Source: Paramecium tetraurelia
Taxonomy: Eukaryota
DNA: 64,000 nucleotides
Direction: 5' to 3'
Assembly (NCBI GenBank): GCA_000165425.1
Contig: CT868640.1
Span: forward strand, 129,142 to 193,141
The notes beneath the pieces were generated by a model. That model did not search any database. It saw only the letters and a program-made list of their open reading frames with translations, and was not told the DNA's origin. A program made the translations under genes and the position numbers. Numbering within the stretch: the stretch's first letter is position 1; every line of letters starts with the position of its first letter. Positions 27,080 to 41,463 of this stretch are shown in pieces.

Positions 27080-28183
27080 ATGCCAAAAGTAAAGCAACTC
27101 TATGGACTTTCCTAAATTAGTGCCATAAGCAAATCACCAAAGAATAATACTAATAGATTAAATGGTTCTCAAACTTAGCCTGCAAGTAACAGGATGAATT
27201 TACAATATGATGCAGAATGTGAAAGAAAAGATTGTATGATGATTAAATGGAATGGAATACAAATGTAACATTAACTCTAACTTCTTCAAAAAGAATTGGA
27301 TAAATATAAATCACTTTATGTGAAGGAAAGGAAAAAAATAGCAGACACATATAAGGAAATAGAGGAAATAATGAATGCTATCACAAAAAAGGAGAAGGAG
27401 CTGAAGAAAAAGGAGACTTAATTAGCAGAACTGGAATAATAATTGTAATGTTAAAATTAATAAAATGATTCTCTGAGTTAATCTTTAAAAGTCTTGAATA
27501 AATAACTAACAGAAAGGGAGTCTCAATTACAATAATAGGAAAGCAATTTGAATATTTAAACCAAGAATTAGAATGCGTTAATAGATGATTTAAATAATCT
27601 AAAGAGCAATTTAGAATCATCAGTTAAGTTTTTGGAATAAAAGGAATCGCAATTATTTGCTAATCTATAAGACTTAAATTAACAAGAGTAAGACACTATG
27701 AAAAGGGTGGATCACATTAATTAATTTCTGAAGAATTCTAATGATCATTAATCATTAATGCAATCGATAGAATAACTCTTTAGAGAGAAAACGAAAAGTA
27801 TCGAAAATGTCAAGGAATCAGTGTTATAGAGACAAGAAGAACTATAATACTATGAATAATAATTGTAATTAAGAAGTGTGTGTGCCTCTGCTAATGAAGC
27901 AGCCTTTATGAAAAGAGTAGCCCAAACAGAAAGAATGAATTAGAAGACACCTACTTAAGAGTCGAATAAAAAAGGAGTAATGAGATTTACTAATAGCAAT
28001 AATCACAATGGCTATTCCAACTAGAACACCAATACCATATTTGACCACTAATTGTATTCTACTTTATGCAGTCGAGAAAATAGTCCTATTTCGAATAAGG
28101 AATCATTTAAATTAATAAAGAAACCCTACTTACAGCACTAGATGCCAATGACCGAAATCAATAATTTTGATATAAAAATTTGA
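27080..28183 (+). CDS. Coiled-coil protein (367 aa)
   Basis: Uninterrupted 368-codon code-6 ORF (MPKVKQLYGLSQ...NNFDIKI*) rich in E/K/Q/L heptads. Confidence 0.75.
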
Positions 28184-28419
28184 CACTAATAATAAGTATT
28201 ACACAAAATGAGCTATAATTTTAAAATAATTTTCTTCATTTCGATATTAATAATAGTAATATTTTCCATTTGTAATGTGTGAAATATAAATTCATCCAAT
28301 ATTAGATTGTTAAAAGAATTAGATTGATTAGACAATATACTAAAATGAATTTCAAAATTACAATTTAATAATAAGTACATATCAGTCATAATAATAAAAT
28401 AATTATTTATAATTTATTG

Positions 28420-30984
28420 ATGGGAAGAGCAGAAAAATTTAGATGTTTGGACAACACTAATGTTAAAAATTTGCTGATATTTTTTAATAGTTCGATAATC
28501 TTTGCATAAATTATAGAAAATCTAATAATTAGCAGAGGACCATTTATAATGACTTGTTTGATTTTTGTGTTGGTAATGCTAATTTATCAAGCATTATCGT
28601 TTTATTTTAGAGCAATGAGGATATAGCTTATAATATACTCGTAATATTTTATGCTTACACTGTTTTCGGTCGAATTGTAAATTGACACTTACTTTTTAAT
28701 TTTCTAATAATTATCAATATTCGACACTGTGTTTTTCAATAGAAATGAAAAAAACAAAATAGTGTAAAATATATTATTTTTCGGTGCAATAGTTATCAAT
28801 ACATATGTATTCCTTAGAGTGGGATTTCATAATTTATATTTTACTGATTTAATAAAAGCACTATGCCAATCATTCCTATTGAAATTATTGCTGTATCACT
28901 TCAGATAGGAACATGATGTATCATTGAAGGAAATACAAAAATTAAACAATTAAGAATTGGAACCATCGGATCCAAGAGTTGGCAACGTGGAATGTGAACC
29001 CTAGGATGCTTCAAAGCTTTTTAAGACTTTCGATGTAGTACCTGAAGGGATAATAATACTCGAGAAGAATGGGAAGGAGGATTTCACAATCAAATATTCA
29101 AACTCAGCAGCCAAATATCTAGTAGATGCTGATGATCACGATCAAATGTTGTCTGAACTTCTGGATCTTAGGAGTGTATCTCCAAAGTAGAAGAGTGAAG
29201 AACATCTCTATAAATATTCATTCAGCATTTAATCTTAGCAAAGTGTGAAAAGAAATAGTTTTAAAATAATCCCAAAATAATAATCACATATTAAATCAGC
29301 CTTCAAAATATCTTAATAATTAATCCTAGAGAATCAATCAAGCTCACAGAAATAGGAATTTCAATTCCCCCCAGTCCAAATCATATTTCCAGGTGCTCAA
29401 ACTAAAACAGAAAATATCAATCATCCCAATTCTCCTTCAATTCATTATGCCACTCAACATAAAAAATCTTTAGACGAGATAGATTCTTTCCATTTTCTTC
29501 TAACCTAAATTTGGGTTTAATTGCATACTCTAGTTAAGGAGAAAATATTGAATTACTAAAATTAACCTCTCTATTATATCCACGAAAGCAATCCCTTTGT
29601 AACCAACATTACAAAGTACCAGAAAAAACAATGCTTGGATCTTAAAGTCTATAGTGCAATCCATTACAATAAACCATTGTTGGTTATCATCCTCAGAGAT
29701 GTTAATCATAAGGATTATATTAAAGTATTGAAGGACTACAATTCATAAAAATCTAAGACTCTTTCATTTGTCAGTCATGAATTTAGAACTCCCTTAACAT
29801 GCATTATACAAATGCTTGAAGAGGTTATTGAAAATAGAAACAACTTGAATTTGAGTGATTAATAACTTATACAATCAGCTCTAGATAACTCTAAATACAT
29901 ACTCAATCTCTCAAATGATTTATTAGATTTGGCATAAATCAGGGCTGGTAAATTTAAGATTCGAAATGCTATTTTCGATTTGAGATCTCTCCTTAAAGAA
30001 TGTCTTAAAATGTTCGAAATACAAGCTATGAAAAAGAATATTTAATTGAACTACTACTATGATATGTCCTTGCCTACAGAAATCTGGAGTGATTTAAATA
30101 GAATAAGACAAATTACAGTCAATTTAATTGGAAATGCATTAAAATTCACTCTGGAGGGTTCCATTACTCTGAGAGCCTATCAAGATGGAGTCAACGAAAT
30201 TTGCATTGAAGTCAAAGACACAGGAGTGGGTATGAGGGAAGAGGACTAACCAAAACTATTCAAAGCATTTGCTAAAATTGAAAATAAGGAGGCTAGTCAA
30301 ATGAATGCTTAAGGTGTTGGATTAGGGTTATTGATAAGTAATTCGATTGCTACTTAATTGAATTCTGAGTAAAGAGGTTTAGGATTTAGATCGGCCTATT
30401 AAGAAGGTACCACATTTTGCTTTTTGGTTACTAACAATAAGTCAACCTATATAGATGAAATAGAAAATTATGAAGATTCGAGAAAAGATATTGACTTTGA
30501 TTTAGAGACAAAGTTGAATGATTTTAGAAGATAATCGTAAAATGAAAAGAAATTTATACTTCAAAAAAACTATTGTGCTTGTCCTTAAATTTTGTTGGTC
30601 GAAGATAACCAATTTAATGTAGATTCGTTTTTACTAAAATTTCATAGAACCTTTAAATCCCTAGTCAAAATAGATTACACAATCACTGGATAATTGGCTG
30701 AATAAAAAGTGCAATAAAGATTTTTAAAATAATAGCACATTTGTCATCCTTATAAACTTATCTTTATGGATGTAGAGTTGCCAATCTAAAATGGAATTGT
30801 GACATCCAAAAACATCAAGAATTACTATAGAGCAATGAATGCCACAGTTACAATTGTTGGCTGCAGTGGATATGCCGAAGAAAAAGAAAAAAAAGAATGC
30901 TTACAATATATGGATGATTACATTGTCAAACCAGTTCCTAAATAAGAATTAGAAAGAATAATGACTTCTTACTTTTTTAAATGA
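28420..30984 (+). CDS. Membrane-bound hybrid sensor histidine kinase (TM region, PAS-like segment, HisKA, HATPase_c, receiver)
   Basis: H-box SFVSHEFRTPL, N-box QITVNLIGNALKFT, G1 VKDTGVGM, F-box LFKAF and G2 GVGLGLLIS. Receiver motifs ILLVEDN, IFMDVELP, VGCSG and YIVKP. Start and stop are in the same frame. Confidence 0.93.
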
Positions 30985-31160
30985 CTTTTTGTATTATATT
31001 TATAATTATATATCTAATAACACATATATCAATCATTTAAATAATAAATTATCATTAAGTAATTAATGAAATCTTAAGAAAACTAATTTATAATAACTAA
31101 TTTTTTGAATTTTGCAATGTCGCAAATTAGAAACATAATTTTATTGATATCAATATTTAA

Positions 31161-34100
31161 TCATAAATAATTCATAATTTTCATTAAAATTTGATGAATC
31201 CCTTTTTTCTACACAACTTTTGGATCTAGTAAGATTAAGACAAATTTTATCTAATGAATTTATAAATATTGATAAATGACCCAAAAAACTGAGAAGATAA
31301 AATATAATAGTAAAAGGCTAAAATTTAATAAATAGTTACATAATTCCAGTTAAATTAAAATACTCTGCCATAGCCTCAATAAAAAGATCACTTAAGTAAA
31401 TACTTTCGTTTATAAAGTAGCTAAAACATGTAAAAAAACATGATTAAATATCTTGGGCATATTAAACAAAGAAATTCTAATGGATCTATGAATTTATAAA
31501 TTGGACATTATTCTTTGAGTATTTCAAAGTCTGCCTTTCTGTGTTAAATTCTTGTTAAACCATTTTTTTGTAGTTTTATACTACTCCTCCTATTCCATCT
31601 TAAGTGATAGTAAGATAAGAGTCACTAAGTTTGTATGGCTATTTTATCTAAGTTGTATTACAGAAAACTAGAAACCTTTAAAAACTCAAACACAAATCCT
31701 TTCTAAAAGCATTCAATATCAGGCTCTTCATAGTGTCGTTAAAATAATCTGATACAACCAAATCATCAAGAATTGTGTTAAATAAATTAGTTGAATTGTC
31801 AGCATACATCAAATATTATTCTATGGTTTCAGTTTAATTTATTAATTAATAGGGATTCGATGGAATTAAATGTTCTGTTTTAATTAATTCTCCCAATAAG
31901 ATTGAACTATCAAATAGCTTCTTGAATTTTATATAATTCATAGTCATCAATAAGGAATGCTTATAATTGTCATAGTATAAGGCTCTATAATAGTATGCTC
32001 CAATCATCTAAGCGCCATAGCAAATTATAAAAATAATTGGTATCAATAAACGAAATTTAGATGTAAATTTAATATTTGATAATCTTAGGATTGTGTGATT
32101 ATTTTTATTTTATTGAGAAGTTTCATTCAATATTGAATCATTATTAATGAAATTTGTAATTGATTTTTATGAATAATTTGTGAATGAATGAAATATTTTT
32201 GTTTATTGTATTTGAGTTTTAATAGAATTGATTTCTATTAAGGATAATAAAGTGAATATTTGATTTTTTAATTTGACTTGTCTATGTATAGAATAAATTA
32301 GCGCTACTGTGAATGTATTTGCACAACACATCTAAATAATCTCAATCAAGTAGAAATTAGTTTGAGAGAACTCCACTTTTTGTTTAAGATATTCAATTTC
32401 ATCATTTATAACTACATCATGGAATTTAAAAATAGTCATAATATTCTATCTAATAAATCCATTAGCTTTGAATATAGAATAATCATGAGTTGAGACATTT
32501 GTATAATTAGTATTTTTTTACACTCTTACCATCTTCTCTCTAGTTATAGAATAAAATGAATAAAAGTCCATTTTAGTTACAATTTTATTATTATTTTTGT
32601 CATATTCGATAACATCTACCATTTCCATCCCTAAATCCCTGCTCCTCTGGCTCAAATTTAATGTGTAATTAACATGGATACCTTTCCATAAAGTAAATGC
32701 ATAATTTAATTTCTATTGCCTTTAGAACTCTATATACGATGAGAGATTGTATAAACCACTCTCTACACAATATCTATTCCACTATAAAAGAAAAGACCCT
32801 GCATATGAGAATGTTAAAGCCTAAGGATTAATCAAAAAATTTATTGAAGATTAATATGATTTGATTTCATTTAATCCAGATTATTTGTTGACAAAAATAG
32901 TTCCAGCCACATAAATAGTGAGAAAAATCATCAGTATTAATTATAACTTTAAATTCCTTGATATCTCCTTTTTTTCTACTATTTATTCAATTAGAGACAT
33001 ATTGATTTTATTATCTTAGGCACTGTGTATTTTTATTGTTTTGGCTTCAAATTTCAGACTCCTATCCTAACTTTCAAAATGATATTCTAAATCTGAAAAA
33101 TGTAGTTGAAAATAATTGCAACACGGAGTATCCAATTCAACATATTCTAATTCAAATTTATGAGATGATATATTTTATTCTTAACCCAGTTATTATTGAA
33201 TTTATTCAAACTGCATCGAAAATTTAGGGTTTAACATTTTTATTGTTTTGTTCTATTAATTTTCATGACAATTAGAAGATGTATTAAATTTAATTTAGGT
33301 AAGAGATTCGATATTAAAATTTATTTTCTATTGCAAACAATCGTTATGGTTTATATTTTTTGGAAATGTCGATTAAAATTCGACTTAATTATATTATTGA
33401 GATGAAGTAAGTTAAAGAACCTAATATTCAATCTCAGGAACATAAAATTATATCATTGCTTTTTCTAAAAAAGTTAAGATAAATATATCTGAGGTATAGT
33501 ATTCATCAAGATTTTATAATTCATTATAGAGTAATTCTGAAATTCCTAAAATCTTGCCATATTAATCAAACAATAGAACATTATTTTTATCTTCAATCTC
33601 TATTATATTATTAATTATTAAATCATTATCTAAGATTTCATGATGAAATGTAATTCTACATGAAATAATATAATTATTTTTCAATAAATATGTCCTTAAT
33701 TAAGATTTGTCTACAAATTCATTTTCTACATATCTATTCAATTATTATTGATAATATCCTCTTAAGAATTACGGAAACAAATCCAAAATGTTGTCTAAAT
33801 ATTAATCTTGAAAAAAATCTGCTAAGTATTTCATTTTTGAATTCAAAATAGTCCATTTCTTTTATAAATAACTAACTTTAATCAGAAAGATTTAATCTAT
33901 TTAGAATACATATCTTATTACTTTTAAGCAACTTTAGGTTGAGATTTCGATCCCAACTTGGTAATTCTTTAGCTTTCTACCCAATTTGAAATGCCTACAA
34001 TAAGATTTTTCATATACTTTTTAATAGTCACCATAAAAGACGAAATAGTATTTTTAAATAGTTTATATTGTGTTGAGATCAGTGATATTCGAATTTTAAA

Positions 34101-35519
34101 GAGTTTATGCTTTTATATTAATGCTAGTTTAGAAATCGTTTTTTAATTGTTACATTCTTTTACAAAATTTCTTGCACTAAGTTCTAATAATCTTAGAGTA
34201 TTATTATTCATTAATAGTGAGTTTAATTAAAGCTTAATAAAAATTTTATTTTGTAATATTGGCTTATTCTAAAAGTAAAAAGTTAGATTCTTATTCTTCA
34301 AAAATTCGAACTATTTATGAGTTATCTTATAATTGTTTTTTCGATTTTAAAAAACATTCTTATTAAATTAAATAAATATTAGCTTTTACGAAAATAAAGT
34401 CAAAAAATGACAATTTAGATTAGTTTTATTGCAACAATAAAAAGTAAAGTTTGTATAGATTTTATTCAAAATATCTTTCTATCATTACTCTATCCTAGAT
34501 CTTAATGATATTTGAGTTATTATTTTTTTATAAATATTTTAAATTTGATTTTATGCATCTTTAAATTAATAAAACTTATATAGTTTCATCATTTGAATAA
34601 TTTTTAACAATTTAAGAAATCAAAAATTTTAATTAAAACTAATTTTTGGCATCAGTCAACTTATTTATTTAAAGTCTATTTCTCCAAGATTGCATAACAC
34701 CTATAGTAAACATATAAATTAAAAATATTTCAATCCATTGTAATTTACATATGCCTGCTATTCCAATCACAAAAAGAAATATTCTTAACTGAAAAATAAA
34801 ATGACTATTCAATTGAGTATTGTTAATCTGAATTAGTATTAACAAAAATGATTCTATGAGCAATATTGAGAATTGTAATTCAACTATTGGCAATTTGACC
34901 TTTAAAAGGCATAAAGCAAATCGAAAAATATAAATGACAATTTCATCTATCTATCTTGAAAAACTTCCATCTATCTACAAAAAACTTGTTTAACAGCTGA
35001 ACTTAATATACATGATATTCAATAAAACTGTTAGGATGAACAAAATTAAATGAACATATTGATCCTGATATAAAATAGCATATAGGGAGTTTAAAATAAT
35101 TGGCATAGACTACACATAATAAATGGTTTAAACAAAAAAGGAACCAATAAATTAATGAATCGAAATTTTCATTTTGATTGCAATTTAAGTAATAGCTATA
35201 TGAAAAAAAATGCTTAAAATAATGATGTAAGCAAAAATCAAATAGTTACTGTTCCCAAAATAGATTAACAAATTTATTCTATATTTGCTTAGCATCTCTT
35301 AAATGAAGCTATCGTTAATATGAGTATTTACAGATCTGAACCATTAATTAATTACACAGCTTGGAGAGTATTAATTATAAAAAGAAATCGAAACCATAAA
35401 ATGCTCTTTAAAGTGACATCGAAGTTTTCTCTCAACATTAAAAATTAAATATATGCAAGATAATCTCTAGTTGCTTATTCTATCCTATTTGAAAGAGATA
35501 TTTTATTTTTTTAATTCAT
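31161..35519 (-). CDS. Large (about 1430 aa) multi-pass membrane protein with degenerate PAS domain (TmcB-like ciliate family)
   Basis: N-terminal TM cluster (includes track ORF 34669-34893), PAS-like ILDLFPQFLRGYYQQQLNRYV and VLLFDQYGKILGISE, further TMs, and C-terminus IKFVLILLDPKVVQKKGIHQILMKIMNYL*. One 23-nt intron near the 5' end; at least one more is implied by frame. Confidence 0.65.
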
Positions 35520-35848
35520 CTAAAAATATAAATAACTAAATCACAACTTATTATTAAATAACAAGAATTATATGTAAGATGATGTTCTGTGTAAAAATTA
35601 ATTGTTGTAATATAAATATTGGAGTAGTCAATATTTAATATCAAAAGTGACCATAAACTCATAATCATCCTAATTCGATGATGTAGAATTCAGAAGGATC
35701 ATGCCTTATCATATCACATCAAAGCATCAACTTTGAGTGAAGATAGAGTTTGATTATTTTTGCAGTAAAAATAGTTACTTAGAAATTAATAATTGGTTTA
35801 TAAAATTTATATTATTAAGCGGTTGAATGCCTTTAAAAAATTAAATAA

Positions 35849-36969
35849 ATGAAATCAAAACAATCATCCTCCGTCGATACTAGTGGATCAATATCTGATT
35901 TTTCCCCTGGAGTATCAAACAGACCTGGATAGGTGGCTAAAGTCACAAGATTAGAAGAACTAGCTTCTGCAATAGAATAAATGTCATAAGAGGAAGAGAA
36001 TTCAAAGGAAATTGAAAATCCAGAGGAATTGTTTTCTCCCTTAGAGTTCAAACTAGATTTAAGTGTGATTCCTTCGACAAATGTGAAAACTGAGGAATTT
36101 TATAATTTAGTTCTTTAAAATTATTTGGAAAAATAATAAAAGCCAACCCAATTCTTAAACAAAGATAACAAGGGTTATGATAATGAAGAGAGAATGAGAT
36201 TTTTAAATTGGTCAATTGAGATCACGAATTCATATAAAATGAATTATTCTACATTTTTCATAATTTGCTCGGTTTTGGATGAATTTTAAAAAAAAACTCA
36301 AAAGTATGATTGTTTATAATAGCAATAGAATAACAAGAGATAGCCTATGCCTTACTGGTCTTTGTTGTATGTATTTGGCATCAAAATTTAATGACGTAAT
36401 ACCATTAAGAATTGATTAAGTAATTTACATCTCTCATGATAAATTCGATCGAAATAAGATTTTTAAGAAAGAACTAGAAATTTTTGAATGCTTGGATCAT
36501 TAACTTAATTTTTCTAATAGTTTTTTGTTTTTAACATTGTTGCTGAGACTCTATTTAAGTAAAATCAAAGATAAAAGGGATGATATCATTGAGATATCCT
36601 ATTTTACTTTGAAAGTGTGCTGTTTTGATTATGGACTATAGTGTAAATACACTCAAAGTTTGATATCTGCAGGTTGTCTTACATATGCTTTGATGCTGGT
36701 AAATTCAGATAACCAAGGAAGGGTGAATAGAAATATCATTACATCACTTGTAAATGTTAATATGATGTTATTAGTTGCATTTGTTAGAAAATTCGAATGT
36801 TGTAAAGGACGAATAAATATTATCAGTTGGTGAGGATATAGAGGTTTTAATGGAAAGATACTTTATTGATAATGAATTTCGAGGGAAAATTAAAAATTTA
36901 ATTGAATATAACTTAATCTAAACAAATTTGGTGAAATCCTACCTTGAGATTAAAAATTAGGATCTATGA
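35849..36969 (+). CDS. Cyclin (N-terminal cyclin box, A/B-like)
   Basis: EERMRFLNWSIEI...TFFIICSVLDEF...LTGLCCMYLASKFND...IFKKELEIFECLDHQL. Short introns present. Confidence 0.85.
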
Positions 36970-37017
36970 AAAAGAGTATTATTCTAAATTATTACTTATT
37001 TTTAATAATATAAAAAA

Positions 37018-40000
37018 ATGATTAATCGAGACGCTGGATTCTAAGATCTGGAAAGCGGAATTCTGAGCAATAACATCTCATCAGTGCAGTTGTTCGATAT
37101 CGATTAGTCAAGTCCTAATGTTGGTAATAAATTAGATCAAAAACTTGAACTTTCTTAATTATAATAACTGGAAGCTCTAAAATTGAAGAGAGATATTTTT
37201 GATAACACTCATAAGTAAGCCATAAACCAAGGCCATAAGGCTGATGTAAATGAAGAGGATTGTTTAATGAGTAACTTAAGGTATTGAATTATGATATGAA
37301 AGTGGTAAAAGAAGTGAACCATAAGGTTCTATAAGTTCAATAAGTTATAATTTAAAAATACAAAAGCCTTTAACATTAAACTCTAAATAAAATAAATCTA
37401 ACAAATCAATTTAAATTTAAAAAAAATCGGATCAAGATGACTTTATTATTGCATCTCCAGTTCGGAATAATGGAACTAAAAACGTGGGATCGAAATCAGA
37501 TGCCAAAGTAGTCAAATATTAGACATTTGTACAATAGTTAGAAGAAAAATAAGAACAAAACGAAAGAACCAAACTAGCCCAAATTAGAAGAGATACCGTA
37601 AAATAGGCATCCTTGATTTAGAGAGGAAAAAGCAAAGAAATAAAGACTGGGTATAGATTTGATTTAAGTTTTAGTTTAAATGAAGTTTGGACTTAAAAGG
37701 GGTTCATAATAATTAGATTAGTTACCCGTTTTATTTAATAATTAAAAACCAAGACAGAGAGAATCAAATTCCGATTAATTACTTAGAGAATTTTCGAAGT
37801 AATTTGCGACAATAGTGCAAATTTTGAATACATGTTGATAAATAGATTAATTAAGTAGAAGCCCAGTATTAGTTTAATAATCTTTGATTAAATTTAAAAT
37901 AAAGCATCCAAAGTTTTGAATTCTATAGAAATAATTTATGCATTGTTTGGAAAATATGTGAAGGTAATAAAACCTGATAGTTTATTCAAAATAGTTTGGG
38001 ATATTATATTATTGCTATTTATTGTGGTGAATATATTTTACATACCCATATATATAAGTTTTGATGTGAGATCATCAGGAGCATTTGAGTGGGTCTTTAA
38101 CTTGTTGCCCTCATGGATATTTATTGCAGAAATGTTGTTAAACTTCAACACTGCTTATTATGATAAAGGATTGATGCACGAGGATCGCAAATAGATAATA
38201 AAACATTACATCAAGGGGAATTTCTTTTGGGATTTAATAGTAATAATTCCGTATCTTTTGTTAAACATGGATGTACCATACGTTAGATATGCACTATTGT
38301 TGAGACTAACCAGATTATCCTCATTGATGGCTAGCATAGAGGAGGTTCTGAATTTAGAAGTAATAATATTAAGGTTATGAATAAGGATAATATGCAAGTA
38401 TTTTTGGATTTGCTAAAATTAATCTTCTTTCTCTTGCTAACAGGTCACTTTTGTGGTTGTGCATGGCATTGGGTAGCAGTGATAGAATATGAAAATTATG
38501 GTGAGGAATTAACTTGGTTGACCAGATATGACTCTAATGCAATGGATTACTATTGGTTTGATAGATACATAATTTCTTTATATTGGAGTGTTATCACTAC
38601 AATTACAGTTGGATATGGTGACATAGTCCCAGTAACGACAGTTGAGAGAATATTTGTAATAGTTGTTACTTTACTAATTTGTGGTGTTTTTGGTTATTGT
38701 CTCTCCAATATAGGAAATATATTTAAGTAAATATCTGATAAAAAGAGTATTTATAAATAGAAGATAAGGGAAATCAATTCTCATATAAGAAAAAGAGGCT
38801 TGAGCTACAAATTACAATTAAAGGTATTTAGGTTGATGCAATTTAGGTTAAAAAGTATTTCGAGTATTTCTTTAAAATTAAGTAAGAGGAAGATTAACAT
38901 GCTGAATAGTTTATTGAACAATTGACTAAACATCTGAAGGAAGAAGTTCTTGTGGATATTTACAGTAAAACGTTAAACTAATCGCGTTTCTTAAGAGAGA
39001 ATTTTAGCGATTAAACTATTCACAGATTGTGTCAAGTAGTTAAAGAAACAAAGCTATATCCAGAATAATTATTATTCCAAAGAAATGATTCTCCTAAGGC
39101 ACTCTGGTTTGTATTGTCTGGAGCAGTTGAATATGTGGCTGACCATTAAAGTAAAATATACACTACTTTATTATAGTTGACGATGAACATTTCTATACTG
39201 AAACCTTCTTGAAGAAACTAACGCAAGGGTAAATCCTAATATTAACTGTACTTATAGGGCTGTTATAGGAGAGCGAGAGTTCATTTCACAAACACCATAT
39301 GAATATAATGCCAGGGCAACTAAATTTACTTAGTTATTAGTAGTAGAGTAAGTTATTTGATTCATTATAAATTAGTTTCTAATAATTCTATTTGATTATA
39401 TAAGAGAATAGTGAGGAATTCGAGAAGTATAGCTTGGTTAAAGATAATCTACTTTTTAATAGCAACTACAAAGCTTTTAGCTAAATTTGTGAAATATGTG
39501 GTTGGACTCATCGATTCATTCAGTAAGAATATCTTTTATATTGCAAGATGTCCATTTGTATTTTTGCAACCAAACAAAAATAAAATTGTGAGTTCCTTCA
39601 CCTCAAACAAAACTAATAGAAGACTGACCTTTCCATATAGAACCTTAAACAAATAACATTGGAAAAACACTCTACCTGATGTCTAAGAAGCAGCCTTGGG
39701 CTACATAGTCTTAAACAGTATCGTACCTGAAAAGTTATTTATTTCAATATTCAAGAGAAATAAATGACGCTTACCTGATTAATTTAGGCTTTGAGATGAG
39801 TGAGAAAGATGAGGACCAGCAGAAGTAAGGTTAACCTAAAAAGAATTCCGTCTTCAAAGATTAAAAGGTTATGTCTTAATTCGAAAATAATCTATAACAA
39901 CCTATTCCATAACCTTCAATCTAGAGTGTTATACCTGCTGACCAAAAGTCTTAAAATCAAACTGCAATTTTTATTAAGGATGGTTAAAGACCTAGTGTTA

Positions 40001-41067
40001 CAAATGTACGATTATATAACGAACAATATTTTTAGGAAAGTGTGATAGATTGGGATTAAGGGAGTCAATATAAAAGAAGTCTTAATCGAATTAAATTGCA
40101 AGTCAGAGATAGAGGTAGGACTCTCTAATCTACGAAAGGGAAGCTTCACTCAAATTTGAATGGGGCAGTTGATATATTGGATGAGTCAATGGTTCAAGAG
40201 GAAGTAAAAATACATAATGCGAATGATGGATCACAAAATTTTACACTTAAAAAATTGAAAGTAGGCAAAAGCAAATTCAACACAAATCCAAATGCGGTTG
40301 GAATTCGAAAAGTTTCTTGGCTAGAATTTGATGGGGGCACAAATCAGTTTCTAGGTTCATTTCATATTTTAATAAATTAGATAATAAACCAATCCATTTA
40401 ATCAAACAAATCAGTAAGGGTAGCAAGGGAAGTGATTCTAATTTCGACCAATCGCCTCCCTCTTATTCATAGGAATTAGAGATCAAACAAAGAATGGAAG
40501 CAAGAGAGAACAGTCTTAACTCCAAAAAGACCAGCAGGTAGAATTTATTTTTAATTTTAAAGTGTGGATTTAGCTCGTAGGAAAAAAAGAAGAAAAACCA
40601 CACAATTATTATAATTCTTATAAGGATAAGAAATTGATAATAAGAAAGCTGAGAGGAGTCTTCTCAATAATGAAATATATAGTTCGAGTATTTACACAGC
40701 TGGGGCGCCTAGCAATTTAGCTTTGGTTGAATCCAATAATAAATAAGAAAACTAAGTGGAAAGTAACAGTCTCCAAGTTGGAAACTCTGTAGATGGAATA
40801 TAAAAGAGGATTTAAGATATCGTCAGAGTACATTATGAAATGGAAATGGATGTTGCAAAATCATCAAAAATCTATTTCCCTGATTTCAATCTTGATGTTG
40901 TCATTTAAAGAATTACTATTTACTATGAAAAATTAAATGAGTAAAAACAAGAATTTGATATGAGAGAATCGAAAAGAACTAAAACAAACCTAACCCTTCT
41001 AGATCGCCTTAGATAAGTAAAGAACACGACCATTAAGACAAGCTACATTGATAAAGAAACAAATTGA
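37018..41067 (+). CDS. 6TM K+ channel with cyclic-nucleotide-binding homology domain (KCNH/EAG-like ciliate family)
   Basis: IKPDSLFKIVWDI, NFNTAYYDKG, S4 YVRYALLLRLTRL, GHFCGCAW, pore SLYWSVITTITVGYGDIVP, a CNBD (IGEREF), then CEICGWTHRFIQCP. Many short introns. Confidence 0.92.
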
Positions 41068-41463
41068 GCACAAGATTGCCATTAATTTAAAACTATGTAC
41101 CTTATTTAAAAATTATCATTCTTAATAACATCAATCCTTTATTAAATTTTCAAATTTTATTTAATCAAACCCTAATTAAAATATATGCCAAATAATTTAA
41201 TATTTTATGTTTCTCCATAATAAAAAACTAGTAATCAAAAAATAGGAATGTGAAGTCTCATACATAAATTAAATTCTTGAAAAAAATTATAATAACTGAT
41301 ATCAAAAGGAATAATTAGTGATAATGAACACATTAACTAGAAAAAGCATTATTGCTCTTTTAGATATACATCTATTATTGAATAAAATTGAAATAGGTAA
41401 AGTATATAGAAATATCATTCAATACAAAGTATACAATTAATTTTAATTGAATGTTAGTGTCTT

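Noticed and set aside
31161..33000. Separate gene starting at the ATG at 33000
   Set aside because: The reading frame continues upstream without a stop into the 33001-35519 region, so this is one long gene.
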